From IMG/VR virus record IMGVR_UViG_3300043438_001221: a DNA stretch of 64,000 nucleotides; one strand, given 5' to 3'. Source of the stretch: a virus. Both the position numbers and the translations under genes were made by a program. This document shows positions 9,411-19,030 of this stretch, piece after piece. Position 1 is the first letter of the stretch, and the number at the start of each line of letters is the position of its first letter. The notes under the pieces were generated by a model that did not search any database, was not told the origin of the DNA, and saw only the letters and a program-made list of their open reading frames with translations.

Positions 9411-11738
9411 TTAGATTAATTCTTCCAGATTCGCATCCGATCTGGAGGCCGTAAAGGTCACGAGGATGAATTCGGCGGTTCTCGTTGGTTTGATAAGAAT
9501 ATCAACCTTCATTTCATTGGTATCAATGACTTGAGGAGTATTATTCCTTTCGTCACAAACGATCAGATAATCGTAGCAACCACCGTTCTGTTTCGCAATT
9601 TCAAAGATTGGAGTAAGAACGTTCACCAAGCGAGTGCGAGTGAATTCGTTGTTGGGTTCAAACACGAAGAATTGAGCAGCTTTCTTGGTAGGTCTTTCCA
9701 GAGCAAGGAAGAGCCTACGAACATTGATGCGATCAAATGCACTTGGTTTGCGGCTCATGGTCTTTTGACCGAACACAACCACACCTTGGGCGGGGGAGAA
9801 CATGACAGGGTTGATGTTGATCTTGTAGAACTCATCACGCTGTTTCTGATTCGGATTGATTGCGATATCCAGCGCATTCGTCACCAGACCACGGGTGAAT
9901 CCGGCAGGAGCAGACCATGGGAATTCAGCAGCATCGGAACGAGCCATGATAGCAGCTTGGTATCCAGAGAATGGAAGCCAAACCTTTTCACCAGTGAAAT
10001 CGTCATAACCCAGAATCCAGTTGCCATAGGTGGCAGCATAGGAGGTGTTTACCAATTCAAATTGGTGACGCATTGCCCAATAAACATCCCTTTGGAAGTT
10101 CTTGGTTCTATCTGAGAGAATCTTGGTGTTCCTACCAGTGACAAGAATGTGACGGATCGGATCAGCGATGAACATACAGTCACCGCGACCACCCGTTTTG
10201 CTTGGGAGGTTACAGAAATTCTCAAATTGATTGAAGATCGCACTGTAATTGGCACGAAGATCGGTTGCTAATGCATCGTAGAAAATATCTTGAGAAGTTC
10301 TCAGAGAGTCCACCTTAGCTTTTAAAGTGCCATTATAGAGGGTATCATCATAATATACGGTTCCAGCAGCAGATGCCATTGTAAAGATCGTTCCCAGACC
10401 ACCTTCAACGACTACATCAATATCATAGATTTCATCATTTTTGATGCTTTCCAGAGCGCGGTTGATCTTGGTTGGAACATGGCCAATGATTTTTTGGGTG
10501 ATCTTGACAGGATTGTATGCTCCCAGAGGATACAGGGCATTCGCAGTTCCCACAGCAGCGTTAAGACCCGAAAGGACTTGTTGCGTGGTTCCAAGGGCAG
10601 CGGAAATGCTATTATAATTGGTTGTAAGTAAGCTCTCAGTGACCACGCGAACTTTCTTGAGGGGATTGCCCGAAGAATCCAGCGAGGATTGGGTGAACTT
10701 GTTAGAGATGTATGGGTTGACCATAATCTCCACATTGCGGGAATTGGTGTCTTGTGTTTCAAGGAAGAATGGAACAGATGGTCCACCATTTGGATTGAGT
10801 TGTTGGCGGAAGGTATCAATGGAACCCACGATACGATCATCAAGCACATAATCCAGCTTGAATGCTTCAGTGGCATACACACTCTTACGGAGTTTGAAAA
10901 CACCGACATTCAGAAGATCATCGTCTTCCCTACCGTCAATGTTATAGTCGGTAAGGTTTTCCATGACTTGGGAGATACTACCAGTCGCACCTCCAGCAGT
11001 AGCGGAGAGGTTGAATTGAAGCGTTCCGGTTGGAATCTGTGTGTAATTGGAAACAACACCAGCAGTAAGGCTTGTGGTATATGCACGGGTGATTGCGTTG
11101 AAGTCGGAAGCAGGATTGAGGTTGATATTATCTGCAATACCAACATAATAACCTTCAAATTGGCTATTGATCGTGGTTTGAGCTTTATCAAAGACAATGA
11201 CACCAGCACCGCCCATACTGGTAAGGGCGAGGGATTTCGTTCCTTCGAACGAGGATGTGAGGGCAGCAAGGGAACTCCAATCAAAGAGTGTTCCTTCCAT
11301 GGCTTGAGCAAATTCGGTTTCCGTGAGAGTTACTTGATAAGGCTCCCCAAGGAAATAGGTTGCAGCGGAAAGATCAAGGCTTCTCGTTGTGGTTACTCCG
11401 GTGGGAGTAGCGGCAACAACAGGATAAATAAGGGCGGAATGTTGTGTCCCAAATCCATCACCAGAACCGGAACCATATGGAAGGCGGAAGGTGTAGATAT
11501 TTGCGGGAGAATTCAATAGTTCACGGACGGTGTAATAGAAATAGCGTTCTGCGCTATTGGTCGGAGTTCCGTAAATTGCTTCCAGTTCGTCTCTAGTGGT
11601 GATTTTCAAAACCTCGTCGGAGTAACCTTGGGGAGTATATCCAGCTACAAAAATATTTGTCCCCACATTCGTCTGTGCGACAAGACCTAAATCTCTTTCA
11701 AAAATTTCTACTCCTGCGGAATTTATCGTGCGTTGCAT
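9411..11738 (-). CDS. gp18: contractile tail sheath protein
   Basis: PWSAPAGFTRG, FGQKT, SAFDRINVRRLFL, FEPN, CDERNNTP motifs; start moved to ATG 11738 (TAAATA-5nt). Confidence 0.95.
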   Translation of the reverse strand: MQRTINSAGVEIFERDLGLVAQTNVGTNIFVAGYTPQGYSDEVLKITTRDELEAIYGTPTNSAERYFYYTVRELLNSPANIYTFRLPYGSGSGDGFGTQHSALIYPVVAATPTGVTTTRSLDLSAATYFLGEPYQVTLTETEFAQAMEGTLFDWSSLAALTSSFEGTKSLALTSMGGAGVIVFDKAQTTINSQFEGYYVGIADNINLNPASDFNAITRAYTTSLTAGVVSNYTQIPTGTLQFNLSATAGGATGSISQVMENLTDYNIDGREDDDLLNVGVFKLRKSVYATEAFKLDYVLDDRIVGSIDTFRQQLNPNGGPSVPFFLETQDTNSRNVEIMVNPYISNKFTQSSLDSSGNPLKKVRVVTESLLTTNYNSISAALGTTQQVLSGLNAAVGTANALYPLGAYNPVKITQKIIGHVPTKINRALESIKNDEIYDIDVVVEGGLGTIFTMASAAGTVYYDDTLYNGTLKAKVDSLRTSQDIFYDALATDLRANYSAIFNQFENFCNLPSKTGGRGDCMFIADPIRHILVTGRNTKILSDRTKNFQRDVYWAMRHQFELVNTSYAATYGNWILGYDDFTGEKVWLPFSGYQAAIMARSDAAEFPWSAPAGFTRGLVTNALDIAINPNQKQRDEFYKININPVMFSPAQGVVVFGQKTMSRKPSAFDRINVRRLFLALERPTKKAAQFFVFEPNNEFTRTRLVNVLTPIFEIAKQNGGCYDYLIVCDERNNTPQVIDTNEMKVDILIKPTRTAEFILVTFTASRSDANLEELI

Positions 11739-11775
11739 ATTACTATTTAGCAAATCCCGAACAAAAATTTCCTAT

Positions 11776-12384
11776 TTATGAAATCGTTTGATTATAACGG
11801 TCGCATCCCAGCAATTCTATATGCATCTGTGAGAATACAAATGTGAAACCAGACTCCAATTCCATTTCTCCAGATTCTTGAGCCGAGTATGACAATTCAT
11901 CAACTGAAGTCACAAAAGCTTTGGTGTATTTAAAACTAACGATTTTATTATCATACTCATCAAGTCCATACATCGTAATATCCGTCTGGTAATCCGAAAA
12001 ATTACCATCCACTATGATACCTTTCGCATTAAATTGACCTGTCTTTTGGTCATGTTGGAGATTCAACCATTGATAAATTGCCCAATAATTATTATATCCT
12101 GAATCCACCTTGAATTTGACGTTCACAGGAGGATATGGGTCTTTGCTATGGCTTGACACATAAAGCGTATCCCCCGCATATCGGGTGGCAACCGCTTTGA
12201 TCGTTAATCCCGGAACCATCGTCCCATAGATGCTGAATTGGACGCTATCGGGAATGATGGTGTTGTCATTCCTTGTGTAATTGGATTGGATTCTCTTGAG
12301 AATGGGGGGTAGATCGAAAACGAGAAGGAATTTATCCTTCCTGCTGCGGTTTAAGAACGATTGTCGGACTTCCGTATTACTCAT
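11776..12384 (-). CDS. tail completion / tube terminator, gp3-like
   Basis: F.VD..Y.NYW.IYQWL and F.YTKAF.TS...LSY pattern. Confidence 0.65.
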   Translation of the reverse strand: MSNTEVRQSFLNRSRKDKFLLVFDLPPILKRIQSNYTRNDNTIIPDSVQFSIYGTMVPGLTIKAVATRYAGDTLYVSSHSKDPYPPVNVKFKVDSGYNNYWAIYQWLNLQHDQKTGQFNAKGIIVDGNFSDYQTDITMYGLDEYDNKIVSFKYTKAFVTSVDELSYSAQESGEMELESGFTFVFSQMHIELLGCDRYNQTIS

Positions 12385-12883
12385 CAAAAATACTTAATGG
12401 AAAACATTCTTTTAATAGTGTGTAAAACGGTTCATAAAAATAAACATTATCTGGTGGTTGTTTTACAGCCCACATCTCCACCATTTCTTCCACCGTATAA
12501 CCGTTGTATCCCGGCTTCGCGTCTTGAGCGACATAAAATTTGTATCGGGGATTGTGATAAGCGTAATGATAAAATTTTTCAATATTTTGTTTTAATTGTT
12601 TTTTGGGAATGGATCGTTTGGCTCCCGGTTTTGTGACGGATGGGATTGCATAGGATTTACCTTCTCGCCCTTCTTGAATACCTTCGGCACATCCCTTTAC
12701 GTTCCATCGACCCTTCCAACCATTCTCTTTCAGATGATAATCATATTTTCTCCAAACATTACCAAATTCTCCAAATGATGCGTATCCTGCCGATCCAGCA
12801 CCGGAAAAACCATCCAGATTGCTCGTAAAGACGAAGACTTCATCATCCTTTAGATCAGTAATATAGTCAGAATAACATTTCAT
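12377..12883 (-). CDS. conserved phage non-structural protein (VFVFxSNLxG..GAG family)
   Basis: EVFVFTSNLDGFSGAGSA, G.QG..YAIP motifs. Confidence 0.6.
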   Translation of the reverse strand: MKCYSDYITDLKDDEVFVFTSNLDGFSGAGSAGYASFGEFGNVWRKYDYHLKENGWKGRWNVKGCAEGIQEGREGKSYAIPSVTKPGAKRSIPKKQLKQNIEKFYHYAYHNPRYKFYVAQDAKPGYNGYTVEEMVEMWAVKQPPDNVYFYEPFYTLLKECFPLSIFDE

Positions 12884-13071
12884 TTCAACAATTCTCTCGC
12901 CAATTCTTTTATTTCATCAGAATACGATGATTCCAAATCGGAACCACCCTTTCCATCCAACTCATTATCCCTACAAAACATGTCATATTCATAATCGGAA
13001 AGGATCGGTCTTCCCAAACAATAATACATATATTGATGAACCATCATAATTTCTTCTGGTGTGTATCTCAT
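12880..13071 (-). CDS. stand-alone NAD-dependent DNA ligase domain Ia-like protein
   Basis: YMYYCLGRPILSDYEYD matches LigA YY...P.xSD.EYD. Confidence 0.65.
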   Translation of the reverse strand: MRYTPEEIMMVHQYMYYCLGRPILSDYEYDMFCRDNELDGKGGSDLESSYSDEIKELARELLK

Positions 13072-13361
13072 AATTTCTTGGCAATATATCTCATCACAGA
13101 CACAACATTGAACGATGATGGCATGATTTCCCTATTATTCTCCTTACAACCCTTTTCAATCGCATCAGCCATTGCCAGAAGTGCCTTGGATTCGTTTAAA
13201 GGCTTATCACCGGGAAGTTCACCATGTTGCCATCTGTAGAGTTCCACTTTAGCCCAAGAGTCCGCTGGATTGGGGAGCTTATCATATTTTTTAATGTTTC
13301 TGGTTTTTCTTTTCATATCATCCTCCATTACAAGCATTACCATCCATAATGTTCGCAGCAA
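13068..13361 (-). CDS. hypothetical protein (true start probably further downstream)
   Basis: ORF in coupled accessory run. Confidence 0.5.
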   Translation of the reverse strand: MLRTLWMVMLVMEDDMKRKTRNIKKYDKLPNPADSWAKVELYRWQHGELPGDKPLNESKALLAMADAIEKGCKENNREIMPSSFNVVSVMRYIAKKL

Positions 13362-13539
13362 TTCTCAACGCTCTAGCATTGTCCATGGCACAGTGGGCGT
13401 TATGTAATTCAAAATCTATGAATAGCTTCAACGCTTCTTTTTCGTAGATACTGGCTTTGTGATGCATGTCAGCAATGAATTTTTGATAATATTCTTCTTT
13501 CACCAAATGCTCTTCTCTTGGTAGTAATTCTTCACTCAT
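13318..13539 (-). CDS. hypothetical protein
   Basis: ORF in accessory run. Confidence 0.5.
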   Translation of the reverse strand: MSEELLPREEHLVKEEYYQKFIADMHHKASIYEKEALKLFIDFELHNAHCAMDNARALRIAANIMDGNACNGG

Positions 13540-13569
13540 ACCAACAACTTATCACAACAATTCTCCAAG

Positions 13570-15177
13570 TCAACCGAAATATTTATCCATAGCTGCCCAT
13601 TGATCGGAAGAGATATTCCTCTCAGGATTGGAGAACACCGAATGATCTGGCAATGCCCATCCAGCAGCTTCCAATTCCGCCATGTCGCTAACAGCAGCAC
13701 CTCCCCATCCTCCGAAGAGCATGGGAGCGATATTGGAATTCTCAATCTTGGCCACTTCCTCGTTTGTATAGATGGAAGTTGCCGATCTGTATTGGTGAAG
13801 TCCCTGATCAATTGGTTTGATCACCAGAGGCTTATCGCAATCATCCAATTCCTCAATTTCAAAATATAATTCCGTGATATCCTTGTAGAGTGCCATCAAT
13901 GCCCACACAAATGCCATCACACGGTCATCGTGTTCCCCTGATTTGGCTTTCCAAGAGCCATTGGGATATCGCACAAAAGTCTTGAACTCTTTCAAGGTGT
14001 CTATATTGCGGAATACCACGGATTGTGCTTCATTTACGAAATATCTTTGGTTTAGAACGGCCTTATATTTGGTGTTGATGTGGGAAATCATACCGTTCTG
14101 CTTGTTCTTATGTGCTTCCTTGGCTCCCCAAGACACAAGGTTCTGATACATGTGGGTATTTGCCAGAGTATCACACACACCTGTTCCTTGGTTATTGCGT
14201 TCTATGAGAAGCAAGGGATTTCCCCAATGTCCGCATATTTCAACGATTTCATTGGTGAATTCCGATGGCCCAATCATATTGTTGTGGTATTCCGCAACTT
14301 GTATGATTTCGTTTGGATTTGTAATGTCTAAAACTTCCAATACGGATGCGTCCAGACCAACACCTTCGGAAACGTCCCCCCCAATAACATATATTTTTTC
14401 TGGATCGTATTCTTCCCATATTTTATAAGCACCATTTTTAAGGATGTGTTTCGGGGAATTACAATCATTTTTAAGACGTTCGAACAATGCTTCATCCAAA
14501 GACGATTCACTATTGTCTAAAAATTCACAATTATATTCCTGTCCGAACAATTCGTAAGAACCAAGTCTAGCAACTTCTTTCAATTTCCACGCTTCATCTC
14601 TTCCCGGAACTTCATCCCATTTGATCTCCTCTGCGTGAAATTCATTCCACTCGTCAGTGCCTTTTTTGGTGGCAGCATTGAACATTTTGTAGAAAACATT
14701 ATCCTTACCTCTGGGTGTTGAAGTAATTAATATTTTCGATGTTTTGGCTCTTGAAATTGTGGGTAGAACCGATGACATGAAATCAACAACCAAGCTATCG
14801 GGGGATACCCACGCTAATTCGTCCAAAAGTAGGCAGTTTTTAGACAGAATTCCATTAATATAATACCTATTAACATCTTCAACCTCCAATAAATCATACA
14901 TCAATTCATCGTTTTCATATTGAAATATGTCTAAAACTTCAACATCGTTAAAAACGATATCTCCAATTTCCAAATCCTCCACGTTTTTATATTCATCATC
15001 AGAAATGAATATTTTATGTTTTGGCGTGCATGTCAGACTCTCTCCATTGGAGAAATTAATTTGTATTTTTTGCGGATTTTCACCAATGATAACACCAACA
15101 AAATTTTTAAAACCATCATCAGTTAAAACCTCAAATCTATCATTTTTATATGTTTTATGTGTTATTAAATCTGCCAT
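13570..15177 (-). CDS. gp17: terminase large subunit, C-terminal half, preceded by split-intein IntC
   Basis: After ...NGILSKN/C: Walker B LLLDE, ITSTP, QEYNCEF, RNase H-like D-x-S-E-G, HDDRVMA. Confidence 0.93.
   Translation of the reverse strand: MADLITHKTYKNDRFEVLTDDGFKNFVGVIIGENPQKIQINFSNGESLTCTPKHKIFISDDEYKNVEDLEIGDIVFNDVEVLDIFQYENDELMYDLLEVEDVNRYYINGILSKNCLLLDELAWVSPDSLVVDFMSSVLPTISRAKTSKILITSTPRGKDNVFYKMFNAATKKGTDEWNEFHAEEIKWDEVPGRDEAWKLKEVARLGSYELFGQEYNCEFLDNSESSLDEALFERLKNDCNSPKHILKNGAYKIWEEYDPEKIYVIGGDVSEGVGLDASVLEVLDITNPNEIIQVAEYHNNMIGPSEFTNEIVEICGHWGNPLLLIERNNQGTGVCDTLANTHMYQNLVSWGAKEAHKNKQNGMISHINTKYKAVLNQRYFVNEAQSVVFRNIDTLKEFKTFVRYPNGSWKAKSGEHDDRVMAFVWALMALYKDITELYFEIEELDDCDKPLVIKPIDQGLHQYRSATSIYTNEEVAKIENSNIAPMLFGGWGGAAVSDMAELEAAGWALPDHSVFSNPERNISSDQWAAMDKYFG
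14836..15177 (-). other. split intein C-part (114 aa)
   Basis: Block B TCTPKH, block F MYDLLEV, block G YYINGILSKN followed by +1 Cys. Confidence 0.9.
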
Positions 15178-15181
15178 GATA

Positions 15182-16024
15182 TTATTGTTTCGGTTTTCTC
15201 CCTTTTATAAAATTGTTGGGTATTTCATCTTCATTTTTAAATCTACGCTCCTGCATAGTAACGGGATCATATGCAAACACTGAATTTTTATGGAGATTAA
15301 GATAATTCCAAGAGTTTTTCGGGCCGCTCCCTTTAACCCACCCATCGGGAATTTCTTCATTTGCTTCAATTCTTTTAGCTTTTTTCTCAACTGGATTGTA
15401 AATATATTTCATACCACCACCCTTAGATTTCGGACCATTCTTCAAAAATGCCGCTTTCATACCTTCCGACATATTCTTTTTAGCTTCTTCCGATCTTTTC
15501 ATCCCTCTGTGTTTTTCAGCCATTTTAGCAATTTTATCTGGATTTTTATTAATTTTTTCCATCCTCTCAGCATGTCTTTCTGGATTGTTTTGAATCCAAT
15601 TTATAGCACTATCAGATCGTCTTTTTCTATATTTTGGTGTTATCACTTTTTTTCTAAATTCGGGATCACTCCACATTTTTCTTCGCATTTCCTTTATTTC
15701 ATCTGACATTTTTTTAGACCACTTACAATTACCATATCCGCCTTCTTTAAGATTGTAATTTGTATTTTCATTAATAAAATCAATTGTTACCAATTCTTTT
15801 TCAGCTTCCAATGCTTCTTTATAAGTCGGAAAAAATTCTATAATTTCTTTCTTAAAATTATCCGTTCCATATTTATTTTTCGCCTTAGCTAAAAGGTTCC
15901 CAGACCCCATATACCCATCATCCAAATTATCCGTTCTGTGGACACCTATGTAAATTTTACCATTCACCACATTAGTTAATTTATATACATAATTATACTT
16001 TCTATCAATATTTGCGTAATACAT
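15182..16024 (-). CDS. GIY-YIG homing endonuclease (Seg-like, NUMOD3)
   Basis: YVYKLTN..NGKIYIG.H..Y.GSG, YNL..GG, HRGMKRSEEAKKNMS; AT-rich. Confidence 0.9.
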   Translation of the reverse strand: MYYANIDRKYNYVYKLTNVVNGKIYIGVHRTDNLDDGYMGSGNLLAKAKNKYGTDNFKKEIIEFFPTYKEALEAEKELVTIDFINENTNYNLKEGGYGNCKWSKKMSDEIKEMRRKMWSDPEFRKKVITPKYRKRRSDSAINWIQNNPERHAERMEKINKNPDKIAKMAEKHRGMKRSEEAKKNMSEGMKAAFLKNGPKSKGGGMKYIYNPVEKKAKRIEANEEIPDGWVKGSGPKNSWNYLNLHKNSVFAYDPVTMQERRFKNEDEIPNNFIKGRKPKQ

Positions 16025-16069
16025 ATTAATACTTAGCGTTTATTGACAAATTTTTAGATGAAATAGCAT

Positions 16070-16714
16070 TTATTCAACTAAAAAAGTATCAATTTCACCG
16101 TTTTTCTTCAATATATTAGACAAAGACTCCATTGAAATATCGAAAATCACTCCAGTCTCTTTATCTCTTAGAGTTATGATACTATTCCCTTCAACACATT
16201 GGATGGTGCTTCCCCGTGCTGCTGAACTACTTGTAGTTGCAATTCCAATATTAGAACCATTGGAAAATTCGGTGCTTTCCTGACCCCATGTTGTAACTCC
16301 GGGTTTCAACCAGTTGGGCAATTCCTCATATGCCAATTTGACACGCTTGAAGATCATTTTGGCAGTGTCTTCCTTGTTTGCAACGATCACGGTATTTCTA
16401 TAATCCTTGAAACAAGTCTCATGCAATGCCAAGATGGTTAGACATGTAGTTTTTCCCGATTGACGGCTTGAGTTTACAATATTGAATCTATTATCCCTAA
16501 AAGCATTTAATAACCTTTTCTGATATGGTAACAAGGGAATTTTTATCTTCCCCAAATCCGGCTCAATAATAAAGAAATAATTTTCTGCAAAATATAAAAT
16601 ATCATCTTTACATTTTTGAATCTCCACCACCATTTCTGGAGTATATTCAAACGTAGCATTTGCAGTGGGAAGATTCGGATTCCCCATGTAAGAATGTTTC
16701 TTTTTAGCTGCCAT
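16070..16714 (-). CDS. gp17: terminase large subunit, N-terminal half, ending in split-intein IntN
   Basis: YMGNPNL, PYQ, Walker A SRQSGKTT, YEELP.WL..G, RGS as in T4 gp17. Confidence 0.93.
   Translation of the reverse strand: MAAKKKHSYMGNPNLPTANATFEYTPEMVVEIQKCKDDILYFAENYFFIIEPDLGKIKIPLLPYQKRLLNAFRDNRFNIVNSSRQSGKTTCLTILALHETCFKDYRNTVIVANKEDTAKMIFKRVKLAYEELPNWLKPGVTTWGQESTEFSNGSNIGIATTSSSAARGSTIQCVEGNSIITLRDKETGVIFDISMESLSNILKKNGEIDTFLVE
16073..16198 (-). other. split intein N-part (42 aa)
   Basis: Block A CVEGNSIITLRD after ...RGSTIQ, then stop codon. Confidence 0.88.
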
Positions 16715-16723
16715 TTGTATTAT

Positions 16724-17515
16724 TTAGAAATAATTCCCGTAAACACTACCATCACTACCTCCGGTGGATGGGGGGAACACATCCCTTTGCACGATTTCAT
16801 CGGAATTTTGTGTATAAATCTTGTTATCGTCCAGCACACTTGAGAGTTCGGGGAACATGACGGAGGACAGCTTGCCAAAATACGAATTGTCTGCAATCTG
16901 CTGGTTATATTCCTCCCTTGGTTCGTTGGTGGTGAAGTTATGCTCACTACGGACAGCTTTGAGCCTCCACACATAATGTCCCATTGCTGGATTGAGTTCC
17001 GCCTGATCCTCATCTAAGGCTTCTGTCACCTCAAATATCTTGGCTCCCCTACCATTTGGTCTATCACAACCGAATGGATACACAATGATCTTATCCTGTG
17101 ATTTGGGTTCCACTGGATGGTTCTGGAAATAGCTTAGGGATGCGAATTTTGTTTCGAAATCGTCAATATGTAGATATAATGTTATGGTATCGGGAGAATC
17201 CATACCAGCCAGAGCATATATGGGGGAACCGTTCTCCATCTGGATATATGCCTTGATTTCCACGGCACTCAACCAATACATGGTTGTATGTTCCCCATAT
17301 ATGGAATTCATCTGATCGGGTTCAAACGTGTTGACTTGGTATCCGATTGTCACTCCATAGTTATTGATAAGTTCCCCAAATTGGGAATTGAATATTGCCC
17401 GTTCCGCCTGAAAGTTGGACGGATCGGCAAATCCCCCACAATTGGGGCGATAAACACCAGCGAAGATGTTTTCAGGGGTGAGACATGATAAAGGTATTGT
17501 AGGACATCCAGCCAT
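16724..17515 (-). CDS. neck / head-closure protein, gp14-like
   Basis: IYGE...IKAYI, P...D.I, FEVTE, YVWRLKA pattern; upstream of terminase. Confidence 0.7.
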   Translation of the reverse strand: MAGCPTIPLSCLTPENIFAGVYRPNCGGFADPSNFQAERAIFNSQFGELINNYGVTIGYQVNTFEPDQMNSIYGEHTTMYWLSAVEIKAYIQMENGSPIYALAGMDSPDTITLYLHIDDFETKFASLSYFQNHPVEPKSQDKIIVYPFGCDRPNGRGAKIFEVTEALDEDQAELNPAMGHYVWRLKAVRSEHNFTTNEPREEYNQQIADNSYFGKLSSVMFPELSSVLDDNKIYTQNSDEIVQRDVFPPSTGGSDGSVYGNYF

Positions 17516-17871
17516 TATTTTTTAATTTCTACGATTTTCCCACATTGTTGCCCATGAAGATTTGTAAACAGCTTCAATATCTGATTGCTATTTTTTCTTT
17601 TGATCTCCTTACCATCCTTGAACTCCACACCATTGAGTTGTCCCAATTCTTTCAACAGATCATCCCCAATCAAAATCTCTCCCGCTGTTCTGATCTTCTT
17701 ATATGGTCCTTTGTTCCAAGGTATCTTTCTTGTGAGGGGATCGATTGTGATGTTTTCACCCTTCCCATTACTCGGATGAATGGATTGTTTGATACCCCCA
17801 AAACCATCCTTGTGTCGATACTCAAGTATCACACCATTGCGCTCTTCGAAAAATTCCAGAAAGGACTTCAT
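17515..17871 (-). CDS. putative capsid-internal protein
   Basis: Starts MKSFLEFFEE (T4 capsid-targeting-like) after TAAATA-5nt. Confidence 0.6.
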   Translation of the reverse strand: MKSFLEFFEERNGVILEYRHKDGFGGIKQSIHPSNGKGENITIDPLTRKIPWNKGPYKKIRTAGEILIGDDLLKELGQLNGVEFKDGKEIKRKNSNQILKLFTNLHGQQCGKIVEIKK

Positions 17872-17884
17872 GATACTATTTAAC

Positions 17885-17916
17885 AAAAAAAGAGGGAATC
17901 ATCACGATCCCCTCTT
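17885..17916 (-). terminator. rho-independent terminator
   Basis: AAGAGGGAATC/GATCCCCTCTT stem followed by a T-run on the minus strand. Confidence 0.7.
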
Positions 17917-17941
17917 CTTAGGTTTATTTTTTTTATTCACA

Positions 17942-18994
17942 TCAACGGAAGAAGTCTTCCGCTTGTCTGATGTCTGAAACTTTGTTCTGTTTGCCCATAT
18001 CGGGTTGTCTTGCACCATGGAGAGCATGACCGTAATCACCGTCATTACCAACCTTATCGGTGGTTCCCACTACCTTGGTTTTTTGACCCTTTGGTTGGGG
18101 ACGACCATTAACCTTGTTGCTACGACCTTGGAGTTTGTGTTGTTGACCACCACCTTTGCCATCCTTGGCACCTACGGTTCCGTCATTACCAACCTTATCA
18201 GTTGGGAAGGTTCCGCGCTCTTCATCTTCGTCATAAGAGAAATCGTCATCCTCTTCTTCGTTGTCTTCATCCATTTCATCATCTCCACCAAAATCATCTT
18301 CGGTATCAAAGTCAAGATCATCATCTTCACCCATGTCCATGTCTTCTTCTCCACCACCGACAGCGGCTTGAAGTAGGTCGAGGAATTGTTGGGCAACGGC
18401 ACGATCAATGGTAAGAGTAACTTGATCCTCTTCACCACCAAATTCGTCATCTCCAAACTCATCGTCCATGGGGGCATCACCAAGGCCAAGGGCATCAACT
18501 TCTTGAGCATCCTCTTGTTGGTCAAAATTATTACCCATAACGGATTCAAACAACTTATCAAATGTAGATTTCTTAGTCATAAATGTATTTAGTCTATCTC
18601 TTGCAATTTTTTTGGATTCCTTGTGAATTCTCTCTTCCGCTTCCTCTCTTTGGATTCCACTCTCCATTCTTGCAATTTCTTTTTTAAGAGATTCTTTCTG
18701 TTTATCAGAAAGATTGGGATTCTTCAACTTTTCTTTAAGCTTATCAAGATTATCATACTTACGCTCTTCATCCTCATCATAAGTATCATTCAGAGCTTTA
18801 TGATAACCGCTTTTCTCAGATGGGCCACCTTTTTGCAAGGGATTTGTTTCATTGAAAGCGTTTTTGGATTGCTTGGGAATTTTTTTGGACTTGTTGATCA
18901 CTTCATCAGCACATAGATCACATTTTTCCTCCACTACGGCAACTTTTTTAAGCATTTGTCCGTAGATATCCCCCAATGTTGGTTGTTTTTTCAT
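17942..18994 (-). CDS. acidic late protein (prohead core/internal-like) with nested in-frame start at 18580
   Basis: Long D/E tracts; DKVGNDG twice; late boxes at 19001 and 18586. Confidence 0.7.
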   Translation of the reverse strand: MKKQPTLGDIYGQMLKKVAVVEEKCDLCADEVINKSKKIPKQSKNAFNETNPLQKGGPSEKSGYHKALNDTYDEDEERKYDNLDKLKEKLKNPNLSDKQKESLKKEIARMESGIQREEAEERIHKESKKIARDRLNTFMTKKSTFDKLFESVMGNNFDQQEDAQEVDALGLGDAPMDDEFGDDEFGGEEDQVTLTIDRAVAQQFLDLLQAAVGGGEEDMDMGEDDDLDFDTEDDFGGDDEMDEDNEEEDDDFSYDEDEERGTFPTDKVGNDGTVGAKDGKGGGQQHKLQGRSNKVNGRPQPKGQKTKVVGTTDKVGNDGDYGHALHGARQPDMGKQNKVSDIRQAEDFFR

Positions 18995-19030
18995 ATAAAG
19001 TATTTAATGATTGTCGATGATTTTTCAATA

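Noticed and set aside
10689-11519. 276-aa plus-strand ORF (and 9531..10115)
   Set aside because: Antisense shadows of the sheath gene
15178-16072. Group I intron explanation for the interrupted terL
   Set aside because: The endonuclease ORF fills nearly all the gap (45 nt and 4 nt flanks), leaving no room for a ribozyme core; both halves carry intein blocks and their own start and stop
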